From Eledone cirrhosa (lineage: Eukaryota), in contig OZ024746.1 in NCBI GenBank assembly GCA_964016885.1, positions 20,708,001 to 20,772,000 on the forward strand: a DNA stretch of 64,000 bases, given 5' to 3'. Within the stretch, counting starts at the first letter, position 1; every line of letters starts with the position of its first letter. Positions 39,196 through 52,940 of the stretch are shown here, in pieces. The translations under genes were made by a program, and so were the position numbers. A model generated the notes under the pieces. That model was not told where the DNA came from. It did not search any database and was given only the letters and a program-made list of their open reading frames with translations.

Positions 39196-39922
39196 ATGCA
39201 GTTCTCTGGCTACAATCAGAGAGACAAAATCAGCGTATATAGAGGAGCCAGAACCAAATGGGAAAAAATGGTAGATAATGATACAAATGGGACCTGCCCC
39301 TTGTATAGGAGCAAATTTTGGAATAGGATAGAAAAAACTAGGAATAAGGTTAATAAAATAAACTCATGGTATGATAGCAATAAATACCAGAGTGTAATGT
39401 TCATCAATACAACCCCTAGAGGTGAACTAGCTTACAAATTTAGAAGGGCCCTAGATAAACTTAAACTAAATAATGGAAAGACCAGGTACCTTCATAAAAA
39501 CACTAATTAGTAAGACATACCCTTTTCAAAGACCTCTCTGTATAGATAGAAAATGTATAATCTGTAAGCTAAGCCCCCATATTAACTGTAAAACTAGAAA
39601 TATAGTATATAGCATAAGATGTACTGAGGGACAATGTAACAATAAGAATATAATGTACATAGGTGAGACAGCTTATAGCATAGGAGAACGATTAAATGAA
39701 CACTGGCGAGAACTCCAAGATAGAAAAGACTCATCAATACTCCACCAACATGCTAAAATAGAACATAAGGGCAAATTAGAGAACATAGAGATAAAAATAG
39801 AATCTACACACAGAAAAGACACAATGTTTAGACAAATCACAGAGGCAATAAACATAAATGAACTCCAATCAAAATTAAATAGAAAACATGAATGGAATAG
39901 CAACATCACAACTTATAATTAA
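39196..39922 (+). pseudogene. Frameshifted PLE ORF C-terminus with GIY-YIG endonuclease
   Basis: Overlapping ORFs 39196-39510 and 39473-39922; NIVYSIRC..MYIGETAYSIGERLNEH..RQITEA..LN. Confidence 0.88.
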
Positions 39923-40125
39923 GGACAAAATGAAAACACACACACATAGAACAAACAACCAACTAGTAACATGTAAATAAACAAATAAATAAACAAATAA
40001 AAACACACACAGACACCCGGATGTAACACATGCGCAAACTAAGCACACAACACACACAAAAAGAAGATGGCGTAGGACAGAACAAAGGAGAAGCACAAAA
40101 TAAAAAATAAAGAAAAGAACCCCCA

Positions 40126-40168
40126 GTCACTGAAGAGGTCACAGAATGTGTGACGAAAGAACTTTGAC
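40126..40168 (+). ncRNA. Minimal type I hammerhead ribozyme in PLE pseudo-LTR
   Basis: GTCA-CTGAAGA-G-GTCACA-gaatg-TGTGAC-GAAA-GAAC-TT-TGAC. Confidence 0.72.
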
Positions 40169-43100
40169 AATAGATGAACAACCATCCGGTTATAGAACCA
40201 ACCAACCAACCGGAAATTTATAATAAATTGAAGTGAAAACAACTGGTTTCATATTGGCAACATGACTCTCCCAAAGTATAACAACTATATATACTTCTTT
40301 TCATAAAGACGTGGAAGGATTTTATCTCATTAAATTTCAAAATTAATGAAATAAAAGATACAGAAACCACAGTCTTGCTGTTTAAACCAATAAAATTCCT
40401 ATTCACTTCTCGCTGGATTGAGACACAAAATGACTTCCGTAGTCCACTTGATGAAATAAAAAGCATCGATTTAACCATGTTTAACTCTCTCCCTAAACAT
40501 ACATATAACATTTTCGATTCTTTTAAAAAGTTAATATATATTGAATATGATGCTTAGTTTAGATAAATAATTGATGAAATATTTTTTCTATTCCATTACA
40601 ACTTATTCATTTCAAAATTTCACACGAAACTCTGTGGTATATATAAAATAATTAAACGGAGAAAAAACAACAGGAAATAAACGAGGAATATAGAATGGAA
40701 GATTAAAAAAACATTTACGCAGATAAGACAACCATTAAAAAAAAACTGATAAGAAAACAATGAAAGCATAAACAGAAAATATTTTAAAGTTAAGAGCATT
40801 AATTAATAAATTTATCTTACTTTTCAACATACTTCATTGACAAGTGTTATTTACGTATTCGAAATTGTTTGGGTCACTTAACAAGTCGTATTATCTTTGT
40901 GATAAAGCACCCGGAATCGTTTGTCAGTCAGTTTCCTTGAAATCGCACCAAATGAAATCATAATAGATTGATTGTGTTAAGATTGGCATTTTTCAAATGT
41001 CAGGAGTAAAAGTTTCTGGAAGTTATTTAGATGTGCATACAAAACTGTTGCTGAAATGTTATTTCAGTTTGTTTAGAGATTTAGTACATAATCATACCTG
41101 TCTAGACGAATCGGTAATGAACTATTCGGCTATAGTTAACAAATTAGACATAGACTAGATTGTTGGTACAAAACATTTATCAGGACAGGATATTAGTTAG
41201 ATACAGTAACTATTGTGTAGCGGTGTGTGCTCAGCGTTTAGATTCCATACTCTGTTTGGCGCTATGATGTAAAAGATAAATTATCCCACTGGTTGAAGGA
41301 CACGGATTAATATGGGACGATTAATATAGTGGATTCGATGCACTGGCATTTTTCTCGATCATAGATATGTCCATCACTTTACTGGTTCTTCCTTCTTGTT
41401 CCACTGGATGTGCTGTCCATGGTAAAATATTTGGCAAAATAACGGTGCCACGTTTATACGAGGGATGTATCATTAGCATTCAGTTCTGGGATTTCTTTGG
41501 GTTGTTTCAATGGCTCTTAAGTGTGAAAAAGGGTACTACTAATTTTGGTTTACTTATTATTCTCCCATTTTATTTTAAAGGGGAGCTGCATTCAATTGGA
41601 GTGATATCACCATATTTACTTGTGTGTTATTGGTATTGATAACATTTTATTTGAAACATAGGAGGCACATAAACAAAACAAAACGTTTGCATTACACCCT
41701 ATTTATCCTACCAAATCCCTAGCATTCTCCCAATATAATATCCAGGAAAATATCTAAAAGTTTTTTATTAGTATTATAATGGGAAATGGTTTGACAAAAT
41801 ACACTGGCGTTATGATACATCTCATTACATTACAAGTTCAAATCTCACCAGAGTTGACTTTGACGTTCCACTTTCTGGGATTAATAAAAACGACAAACTA
41901 TGCAATAGTTACGTAATGCAGTCGATATAATCCACTATACTATCATCTAAAAATTTGAATTATGTGCATATGTTATAAATCATTAATATGATTATAAATG
42001 TTATAGGGTAACATATAATCAAATGTCAGAGAGCCAGATTAATTGCCATCTGAATTCATGCTGAGATCAACTTTGTTCTTTATTCTTTCGTGGTCGATAA
42101 ATAAATACAAATCAAGAAAAAAAAGCTGTTTTAATCCACTAAGCATATTTGTGGTCGTGCGCCAATGTTAGAAATTATTAGAATGAAGGGGAATAAACAG
42201 TAGCTAATAGTACTCTATTTTCTGCAATCTATAAAAAAACTATCAATCATCTACTGAGATATTTCAATCGATTATAATGCTTCCAAGCAAGTATGGTGTC
42301 CTTGCTCCAAAGTAAAAAGCCCTTATTTCTAAAGTTAATGAAGAGGAGCACTCGAAATAACGTGTATGGAACAAAATATGTAAACGTATTTAGAAAGGTC
42401 CATTTTCGATCTTAGTTAAAATACCGATGTAACCCCACTATAGTCGGCCTTAGTTAACATTCCGATGTAACCCCTCTATAGTCGATAAAATATGTGCCAA
42501 TCAAGTACTTTAGTCATTTATTCTTTTCTCGGTTTGTAGTAGGATATGTAACGAGAGTGAGTGATCTCCAGACAATGATAACCATCAGAGACTATATCAA
42601 GGTTCCCAGAATTTGTGCTGATGACACTTTACAAGAGACAACAGATGACCACAGTCAGCGTCATCGGCCTACCTCGGCACAGAGAACAGTTCACAGTAGT
42701 AGCTGTAGCAGCGGAACATGCAGAAGCCACATGACTTATGTCTGTTCCCAACAGAACAGAATGGAAATGCCACTTGAGTTGCGGCTGTTAGTTGTAGCTA
42801 CCGATCTTGCAGAATTTCTGAATAATTCTGTTTCGGAGAGTATAACTACATGTCAGTGGCATTAAAATAAAACAAAGATATTTAGCTAGCGAAGGGTGGG
42901 TGGGGAAAGATACACGACATTTAGGGGGCACGTTTGGGGTGGGAGTAAAGTAAAATAGAGGTAGATGTGAAGTATAGGAAGAATTTAGGGAAGATGACAG
43001 GGTGGGAATAGAAAGATTGAATAGGGGGAAAATTTATCCAGAAATTTTGAGTTGGACTTGATTCAAAATACAGGATTTCTATCTACGAATTGGCTTGAAA

Positions 43101-44344
43101 TACGAGCAAAATTAGATAAGTTTAGATTAGAAATATGTTGACAAGAAATTGTGATTTCTACCAAGAATTAAAGTTGGTGGTCGATTACATTGACGCCAGT
43201 ACTCAGCTGGATATATTATAATCGATATTTTCAGTACATTGTAGGCCACATCTTACTACAAATGGATATAAATGTCTGACCAATGATCCTGATGAAGGCC
43301 TTTATATTTAGCAAAACAATAACTTTGCACAAGATAATATCATTTGGTCCAAACACGAATATCCTTAGAACCCATGAAACAACTACAAGAGTGAAAATCG
43401 AAACATAATTCTGGCTGAATCTGTTAAAGTGTGATTAAAAAAATAGTTAAAATTGTGATACATTTCGCCTTGTTCTTTGTAATATATATTCAGGTTTATA
43501 GTATTTCGCTATTTATTTTAAATATATATTGTATATTCATATTATTCTTTTAATAATAGCACTCCAATAATAAGAACAAAGGCATTGAGCGATGACGTCA
43601 ACCACAAAACTCTTCAAACACATAAGATAATATATGAAATATGAAACATTGCATCCAATAAAAATTACTTTGTTTCCGTCACAGCTATATTCATAAAAAT
43701 GACTCAATATCACTCACTAATATGAAATATTTCTTGCCACATATATCAGCAATGGAATCAATAACATGAAAACCTGGCAACTCACTCGTTGTCATGGCGG
43801 ACTATAAAAACATAGCATAAATTTTGCTCCTCCCACACTCAGGCGCAAATAAATTATAGTAAATAAGTTGTTTGCAATGTTCTTTTCATCGACCAGTTCT
43901 GATGGGGCAGATCTAAGGTAGAAAAATAGCCAATTAGACATTTTAACACTATTCATCAAAGAAACACATATTACATTATTTTAAGGCGCCACAGTGTTTT
44001 ATATTATCAACTATTAAATCATTAATTATATCTTTAAAAAAAAGTTGTAGCGCTGAAGTAGACGCCGCACGTTTCTATGTTTTTAAACAATTACGAAAAG
44101 AATTTATAAAATACAGCCATTTCATGTTTAGCAAAACCAGACCAGGTCCAATCAGTAATTGACGGTAAATTTCTAGTAAAGAGAATCCGTGGCTTAACAT
44201 AGAATATTTATTATAACAATTTCACTACATTTACCTCTTTAATGTCATTTATAAGGGCACGAACATAAACATTTGTGTTTCTCGCTTGCCTGAAATCATG
44301 TTGGTTAGGAACGTAGTTATGAACACATATTTGTAGAAATAAAC

Positions 44345-44528
44345 CACATAGTTCTATAACTTCTGATGGGGTCGTTTCTTGGGAATTGTTTTAGCCTGGC
44401 GGAGCCTATCACTCTCCAGGTCTGAACACACCAGATTTCTACCAGAGAAGGATAGAAAGTGAGAAAGAGATATAGAGGAAGAATCGACCCCACTACTTGA
44501 CTGGTATTTTTTATCAAACCTAAAAGGA
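44345..44528 (-). mobile_element. SINE family 2, 3' part
   Basis: Family-2 tail and part of core, cut by (TA)n. Confidence 0.85.
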
Positions 44529-44530
44529 TG

Positions 44531-44699
<169 letters not shown>

Positions 44700-44884
44700 A
44701 TAAGGGTTAATAATAGTTCATCAATTTGTTTTCTGATGTAATTAACTCGTAGTTTAGTGAATTATATTTCCGAGGGTAAATTTAGTTCTTACATAAGACA
44801 GAATGCGAGATATTGTCTAACCTAACAACACATATGGTGCAGAGGAAATATCAGTCACACACTAGATCACGTCTTTGTTTAACC

Positions 44885-45027
44885 CAAGCATGGTCAACCT
44901 TTTTCGAACAGTAGGTCGCATAGAATAGCATTCATAGAGCAGGCCGCACTACTACAAAAATTCAAGGCAATATTGAAATTAGGCGTGCCATTCAGAAAGC
45001 CAAACAGGCCGCAGTTTTCCCATGACT
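44885..45027. mobile_element. hAT/Charlie-like MITE (degenerate)
   Basis: CAAGCATGGTCAACCTTTTT..GGCCGCAGTTTTCCCATGACT imperfect TIRs, internal GGCCGCA motifs. Confidence 0.55.
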
Positions 45028-45347
45028 ACTGTAACCTAAACACATATGGTGCTGTGCAACTATCATTCACAACAGATATTCTGACGTCCTTGAACGTATG
45101 CTACAGTTTATGACGTTATTTTTAATAACTTTATCGGAGATGTATTTCAAACGCTAGAGTTGTTGCCTAATTTTCTCCTAGAAAATGTAATATCCTGGCT
45201 TTCGTATTTTATACCAACCTTAGTATTCACGTTTTTGTTTATAAATTTGTTGAATATCGATAGATTTTAATAAAACTGAAGGTCCTAGTTAACACGAGAT
45301 ACGAAATGATGTATTATGACGATCATGACTTTTCAATATTATTAATA

Positions 45348-45466
45348 TTGAGTTCAAGTCCCGCCGAGGTTGACTTTGCCTTTCATCCTTACGGGGGTCG
45401 ATAAAATAAAGTACCAGTAATGCACTAGGTAATTGCTGGCCTTGTGCCTAAAGTAGAAACAATTAT
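45348..45466 (+). mobile_element. SINE family 1, 5'-truncated short-tail variant
   Basis: B box through tail. Confidence 0.9.
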
Positions 45467-47534
45467 TAATAGTATAAAGAGAATGTAACATTTTTATCCA
45501 GTTATCATAATATGGTCAGGGATTAGGCTCACAAACACCCGCCATATTGTTTTAATATTTTTAACAGTTATAGAGAGGGCTGCTAGACAAGTCAACTTCT
45601 TATTTCAATTCAAGTTTGAAGCTATTTGACTTGCGTCATTAATGTCGTGATCACGGTTGAACGTCACATTATATACTTTCTAACGTTGTAAATCTTGAGT
45701 GTTTTCACTGAGTAAGTACTAATGAAAATAGTTGAACGAGTTATTTGTATATTTTATTGTATTCATTTAATGGTCCTCTAATTATTTGAGAAGTTCGATT
45801 TTATATTTTATTCCTTTGAGATCGATAACATAATGGAATGAACATATTGGGGTAATAAATTCTCACCCACCTCCTCCAAACCAATTCACACTGTACCTAA
45901 GCAAGAAATTACCACTTTTAAAAATAAGTTATGAAAATCTTAATTGTCGGCTAAAAACACCACCATTTCTGTGTTATGAATATTGTTTTATTATGATGAA
46001 CATAATGGCTATAACATCTTTCTAAAATTAAAGTTATCCAATAATAATGATAAAACAATTTTAAAATATTGACGAAGCTGTTTTAATATTCATTAGATCT
46101 TGGATGTATTATATGTAGTCGACCTTACGTTAGTGTCGTTATTTGAAGAGGTCATTCGTATCAGATAATAATTTCAAATTCAAAATAGATGATTCCGTTC
46201 TTCACATCATAATATCGAGAGGATATTAAAAGAAGGAAAAGTCAAAGGTGGCAATTCTAGTGGGGAAATTAAGTAGCCTATCATATTACTTAGAGAATTC
46301 TGATAACCTGATGACCTCGCAAAGCAAACTACTAACGGCCACTACTTTATTGCGCAATAACCAACTGAACAATGCCAAAATTAGTATTAATGTGCAAAAG
46401 AACTATCAAATTATTCGCAGATTGCGACTGCACATGTCTCTACTAGACATTGCCATGTAATCGTTGTCATATTAGTAAATTAGCCGGTGGATCACAGACC
46501 TGAGAATATGAAATAATTTCACGCTATTTATAATAAAATTTTAAAATTGTTTTTGTTCTGTTTTATTTTTATATCGGAGTAATTTTCTCCTCCTCAATGA
46601 AGATGAGAAAAATTATGATATCAACGTTAAATAATAAATTGCCATCACTTTCAACAACAGAGGGCATACAAATAAAACGGGAATAGAATGGATGTTAGGC
46701 TGTCGTCATTGATGCTATAACACCTAACAAAGCCACAGAACTAATTTTAATGATGAAGATGATGATATGACAATTAGGATCGAATGTCAGTGCACTGAGT
46801 TGAAAAAATATCAGCCTTTCAGGTTGGAGAATTTATAATTCTGATCTTATAAGCAACTCTACGACTGTCACTGGAAACATAAAACTGTTTTATATTACAG
46901 CATTAATTGTTATTATTGAAAAAATGAAAGGACAAGTTAATATCGGCAACATGCATACAAATCCCACCGAGGTTAGTTTTGTCTTTCATCCTTACAGGGT
47001 CGAAATTTAGGGTATTAACTTATACAAGTGGATGGATGGCCAGTAGATTTCGATGATGTATTTGTTTATCGCTTAATCATGAGGAAGGGCATCACCCATG
47101 ACCCTTTGTGTTTTTCAAGGCCTCCAAACCGGCGAGAAAGAGAGAGAATGGTATCTTTAAAGCGGAAACCCGGCTGTAAGTTATATTTCTGATCACTTTC
47201 GAGGGTGGGGTGGGGTGGGCGTTATATAAATATTCCTAGGATGAAGTGGAGCTATGTTTGAATTCTATTTTCAGCTACACCGCTCTTAACAATTATTAAG
47301 ACAATCTGGAGATATTTACGTCTATGTCAGTGTTGGTAGCGATATTATGCTAAAGTCTGTATTAGACACATTGGTTATGCTTTTCATTTGAGACTATGTA
47401 TTATTTCTTAGGTTCTATTAAGTTGAGATTGTACTTGTCTGTCTAAGACAGAGCCTTTGTTCCAAAGTGAATTATGATTCACACAACACATCATTTGCAA
47501 TTCATCGTTTTGATTATTCTTCCCCCAAAAATTA

Positions 47535-47870
47535 GAGGCGGTGAATTTGCAGAGTTACTAGAAGGTAGGATAGAATGCTTTGTGGTATTCGTTCCGGATC
47601 TCTGTTCTCTGAGTTCAAATCCCACCGAAATCAACTTTGCCTTTCATATTTTCGTATTCGATATAAAAAAAAGTACCAGTTTAGTATTGATGTCGATTCT
47701 TCCTTTTTATCTCTTTCTCACTTCCTCTTTCACATTTTCTATCCCACTCTGGAAGAAATCTGCTGTATTCAGACCTGGAGAAGAGATGGGTTCTGCAAGG
47801 TTTAAAAACAATGCCTAACAAATGACGTATGTCACTTCAGCGCCCCACGACTCTATCAGAGTTACGGAAT
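47535..47870 (+). mobile_element. SINE family 2
   Basis: Head, B box, core, family-2 tail. Confidence 0.88.
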
Positions 47871-48089
47871 CATACCATATCACCTTAACAAAAGTTGTTC
47901 GATACTATATTTATATATAGCGTCACTTTTCACAGGTGTATAACCTGCATTTCCACGGGATATCATCTATATGTAATTCGTTGAACCCGTGAAGAGATTT
48001 TAATCTGGCATAGAAACTGGAATGTAAGTCATTATTAATGATTGTCTGATGCAATATAGACTACAGATTCCTTGTATTTCATCAGCCAA

Positions 48090-48340
48090 GACCTTTCAGT
48101 AAAGTATAACGATAGCTGGCAGGGCATATCGTACAAATGGGGGACAATATACTAGCAATGACTGCAATGTAATGTGGGAAAAGACCAAAGGGTAGGCCAA
48201 GAAGATCTGGAGACACACACCTAAAGATGACCTGCGTAGGTATGGCACAAACTGGTTTCAAGCACCAACTTTTGTCAGAAACTGAGAAAGATGGAAGAGA
48301 ACAATGGTCCGTTGTGTGGCTGCAGGAACCATTTGACCAG
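48090..48340 (+). mobile_element. RTE-clade LINE 3' fragment (degenerate)
   Basis: R*LAGHIVQM..GKRPKGRP..W...KDDLR..ERWKRT. Confidence 0.6.
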
Positions 48341-49385
48341 ATAACCCACAGTGAAATTACTTAAAAATTGAATTTACCCTTTGTTTGCGAGTAAACATAA
48401 CTTTCACGAGGCCTTTTATCTAAAATACGTCCCTTTGCAAGTTAAGTTGTTGGTATCTCTTCTAAGATCATGTATATAATGATTTATTTCTTGATATAGT
48501 AAGGTGTTGAGTATTTTAGACCAAGTAGAATCTATGAGAAGAATGTATTAATAATATTATTAAAATTAATAATATTAATAATATTAATAATAATAATATT
48601 ATGGACTAAAATGATATCTTTAAAGCCATGTTTGTCTACATAAGACACAAAGCGGGATTCAGAGAACGAAACAGAGTGAGAAAGATAGAGATAAAGAGGT
48701 AGAGAAAGAAAGAACGAGAGAGTGAATCTGGCAATTTACGATCCTCAAGACACAAACCGTAATTCTTAATCTCTTAAGCAGAGAACAAACTACTATATGT
48801 TGTTTGAACAAGTATTTTGTTGTTTCAAGGAAAAATTATTCATCTGATTATTCTTACTACATGAAAATCGATTTTACATTGCTGTCCCAGCATCTCAGTG
48901 TAGTTATCGGATTGGTTACTACTACTGTCACAAATACTCCTCCACCCTCACCTCACTTTTTTTATTTCCCATCATTCTGATGATGACGATGATGATGATG
49001 ATGTTGATGATCAACAATATCATTATCAGCATTAACAATATAATATCGCAAAATACAAAATACTAAAAAAGACAAAGCATCAAATAGCACCTACCATTGG
49101 ATTAATCCTTCTCAATAACACACACACACACACACACACCACACACACACACACACACACAGGCAGACCAACACATACACTCAAACATGAACAAGCACAC
49201 ACATTCACAAACATGCAGACCAACACATACACTCAAACAAGCACACACACATATACAAATAGGCCGACCAACACATGCACTCAAACATGCACACACCACA
49301 CATACACAAAACAGGCAGACCAACATATGAATTTAATCATGAACACACATATACATACACACGAACATGCAGGCCAACACGTACA

Positions 49386-49422
<37 letters not shown>

Positions 49423-50007
49423 AGACATGCTGACCAGCACATGCATTCAAACATGTACTCACACATATATACATGCACGCACACACACTCACAAGTTACA
49501 TGATTTAAACAGGAAATCGATAGCAAGTCACGGAATGAGTTCGCTGGAGTTCATTTCGCTTTCTAGAATGTTCATCACACACAGCACACGCACACACACA
49601 CACATATACCCACTCACACACACACACACACACACAGACACACACACACACATATACACACACAAGCACAAAACGACACACGCAAACATATGAACTGATA
49701 TCGATTTGTTAGAAATAGCAGTGAAATTCAACTAAAATTTCCTTAAGAAATGAAGCGGAAATATTGAAAAATTTATTCCTGTTTTTAGATGCACCATTGT
49801 TGTAAACAGGAGGGCGTGGTCATGATCATAAGATTATGATAAAAGACCTGTTCGACCAGGGCTCTTCTCAACAAACAACAACAACAACAACAGTCTCGAG
49901 GCTCCTGGAAATAAGTTATGTGAGATTCCTTCCTCCTTAAGTAATCTATAGAAATACAAAAAGCGCTCCCCCATTATATCACTGAGGTGTGTGGCCAATG
50001 GTATATA

Positions 50008-50211
50008 CGAGGCTGGGCTGAAAAGTTCATAGCTGACTATGAAGGAGTGATGCTAGAGCTGTGAAATCTTGCATACATTAATTTCAACTTTCTTCTTAAT
50101 AACTGCATTGTTTTGTTTCCATATTCAACTATGCTGAAAACTATTTGGTCATTTGGTCATTCCATGAGAGTATCTTGGTCAGCCTATTATGAACGTGTTA
50201 GCTGACCCTCG
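50008..50211. mobile_element. Mariner/Tc1-type MITE with TA flanks
   Basis: TA|CGAGGCTGGGCTGAAAAGTTCATAGCTGAC..GTCAGCCTATTATGAAC..AGCTGACCCTCG|TA. Confidence 0.85.
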
Positions 50212-50354
50212 TAAATGAGAATAAAGAAACTATTGGTGACCAAACAGTGCAGTGTGTATGAGTGGAAGAAGCAGTTGTAGCGTTCCTAACAAAACAACAA
50301 ATTCCAGGGTACTACAGACTGTCAAACGTCTGTTACAAATTTATGATAAGGAAG

Positions 50355-50721
50355 CAGATAATGAAAATGATGACGACAATAACGATTATGAGGAAATTGA
50401 TAAGGATGATGACGATGATAACGATGATGACGATGATGACGATGATAAAAAATAGAGAGAAGGTAAAAAAAGTAGGATATTAAAAGTGAAATTATCAATG
50501 GTCAGTTATCAGTGGCTATATCAGAGATGAAATTTGATAACGACGACGATATCAACAAATATGAAGATAGCAACGATAATAATGATGATGCTGATAATGA
50601 CGGGCGATAATGTTGATGATTGATGATAGTGATGATGGTAATAATGTTGATGATGATGGTGATGATGGTGATAATGTTGATGATGGTGATGATGATGGTG
50701 ATGACGATGATGATGATGATA

Positions 50722-50753
<32 letters not shown>

Positions 50754-50790
50754 GGTGGTAACGGTCACAATGACATCGATCATAGTGATA
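50355..50790. repeat. (GAT)n/(GGT)n degenerate trinucleotide repeats
   Basis: Direct; source of the poly-D/M/H/I ORFs. Confidence 0.95.
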
Positions 50791-51529
50791 GCATTTCTTA
50801 AACTGCAGAAAAAAAAAGAAATAAAAAAAGACACACACACAAAAAAAAAAACACAAAAAACATCCATCCACTATTTTCAAAGAAATTATCACCGTGTTAA
50901 ACACATTTTATTAATTTAAAAAAAAAAACTTTTTGAAAAGGAATTAAATTAATTACCCAAATTAACAGATTTCAAAAGAAAAACGAAAACGAGAGAAGAA
51001 TAGAAGAAAAGAAGAAAGTAAGGAAAGAAGGAAAGAAGAAAAATAGAAAGTACTGACAAACAAAATAGTATTGAAGATTAGAGTCGACTGAAGCCCTGTC
51101 ATTTAGATCATTATGGCATCAAAGATAATCGCAATTCTACAGAGAATTTCACTAACATGCCGGCAAAATAAGCCGAATTTAGTAACGAGTTTTTGCCAAA
51201 AAGCAGTCTGAGAATTACAAATGTATTTAGTTCCATTCAGTAAAAATGTAATTGCTTTGACAGTTATGCTTCGATTATCGTTTTTCATTATTTAACGAGG
51301 AATTTCTGGGTACATGATCGATTCAGTAGAGCGTCGATGTCTGAGTTCAGTTACTTCAATGGATGATTTTTACCCTTCATCATTCAGAAATCGATAAATT
51401 AAGTATTAGATAATTATTGGGGACGAAACCTCTAATCCAATATTCGTGAACTTGTGTCTGTGTTAAAAATTATTTTTGACATAGTGGGAGGCGTCAGAAA
51501 TTAAAAATTGAAATTATTGGTATTATACT

Positions 51530-51707
51530 TTGCGACATATAGTTATGACCTGAGTTCAAATCCCACCGAGGTTAGGGTTAGCTATGCCCTTCATCCTTAC
51601 GAGGTCGATAAAACAAAGTATCGGTAACGCACTGTGGTCGATTTAATCAATATTTCCCTCCCACCCAAATTGTTGGTCTTGTACTTGAATCAGAAACAAT
51701 TATTATT
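51530..51707 (+). mobile_element. SINE family 1
   Basis: B box, core, hairpin and tail. Confidence 0.88.
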
Positions 51708-52465
51708 GCCGCTCTGCTACGCAATGCAGATGGATAATGTACCCGAGTAATTTAATCAGCCCGTCCTTCCATATTGGGCGACATGGACCTGCCTCTTTAG
51801 GTGTCGAGCTGCAGGCCTACCGACTTTCCTTTGCTAATTTCGCTCATGTTACGACTTCGTACTCCCTAATAACGGTGTCGATCATCTCAATATGTTTGTA
51901 GTTTGTTATACACCCCCCACACACATATAAATTAAGTTTTACGAAACTATACGTTTACAATTCATCTAGCCCCAGCCGGTATCTACTAATTTGATGAATT
52001 TACAAAAATCGTATGTTGTAAATATGAATTTCTAAACCAGATTGGACACTAAACGTTAATTAGTAGATAAATAGCTTAATGTGGATACAGTTAATAGACC
52101 CAAACTGTACAGTTTCCATGCCACGTCCTCTGCACAACAGTTGCATTAGCAAGTGTTACTAACAGAAGTCACGCAATATTTCCAAATTTTACAAAAATGA
52201 TATAACTATGACTGACATAACATTTCATAAGCGGGAGTTCAGTTCTAATCCAAACGAGATATTATTATCCAAGAGACTGCCAGAGTCGAACTGATATGGC
52301 ACATGAGCAATGAAGCACATATATTAAAGACCAGCGTGAATACTTTCTTTTATCAATATAATCAAATTGTTTGCATTCATTGAGATAAATGCAGGCAGTG
52401 TAATGGATCTCAAATGAATCTTACTAGACGATATAATTTTCAATGAATTTAATTAGACAGAAATT

Positions 52466-52520
<55 letters not shown>

Positions 52521-52580
52521 TAATATATCATTATGTATATATCATTATGTAGCCGAATTATGTAGCTGATAGTTTATAAA

Positions 52581-52660
<80 letters not shown>

Positions 52661-52688
52661 TTATATATATATATGTATATATATTTAT

Positions 52689-52940
52689 GTCAGGTTACTC
52701 TTGAGTGCTATTTGTAACATGTAAACCAGTGCAACCTGTCGCATGGTCGGGTCGTCGGCGACTAAACTTGCAACCCCACCAACTTTACTTGGTGAGGAGG
52801 GTGATTTTGGACACCCTGCAGGACAAAAGACTAAACATGACAAAGGGCGGAAGAACTGATAAGAGTCAAACGGCTATCCAAAAATGTGTAAATATGTATA
52901 TACACATGTACATACGTATGTGTATGCGTGTGTATATGCC
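52689..52940 (+). mobile_element. Family A 5' part with candidate HDV-like ribozyme at 52693-52770
   Basis: Matches 25228-25420 and 24557-24780. Confidence 0.85.

Larger units (their letters stand above)
39150..40240 (+). mobile_element. Penelope-like element (Neptune-like), 5'-truncated, with 3' pseudo-LTR
   Basis: Post-RT region RMQFSGY..PLYRSK..VMFINTTP, Cys-rich linker, GIY-YIG domain, hammerhead motif downstream. Confidence 0.9.

Noticed and set aside
42494-42865. 123-aa ORF of normal complexity
   Set aside because: No recognisable domain, non-ATG start, no convincing splice structure.
43285-43365. CTGATGAAGGCC..GGTCCAAAC hammerhead-like motif
   Set aside because: GAAA core broken, stems I and III not supported; at best a decayed remnant.
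43780-43810. RFX-like box next to TATAAAA
   Set aside because: Short motifs expected by chance; no associated gene visible.
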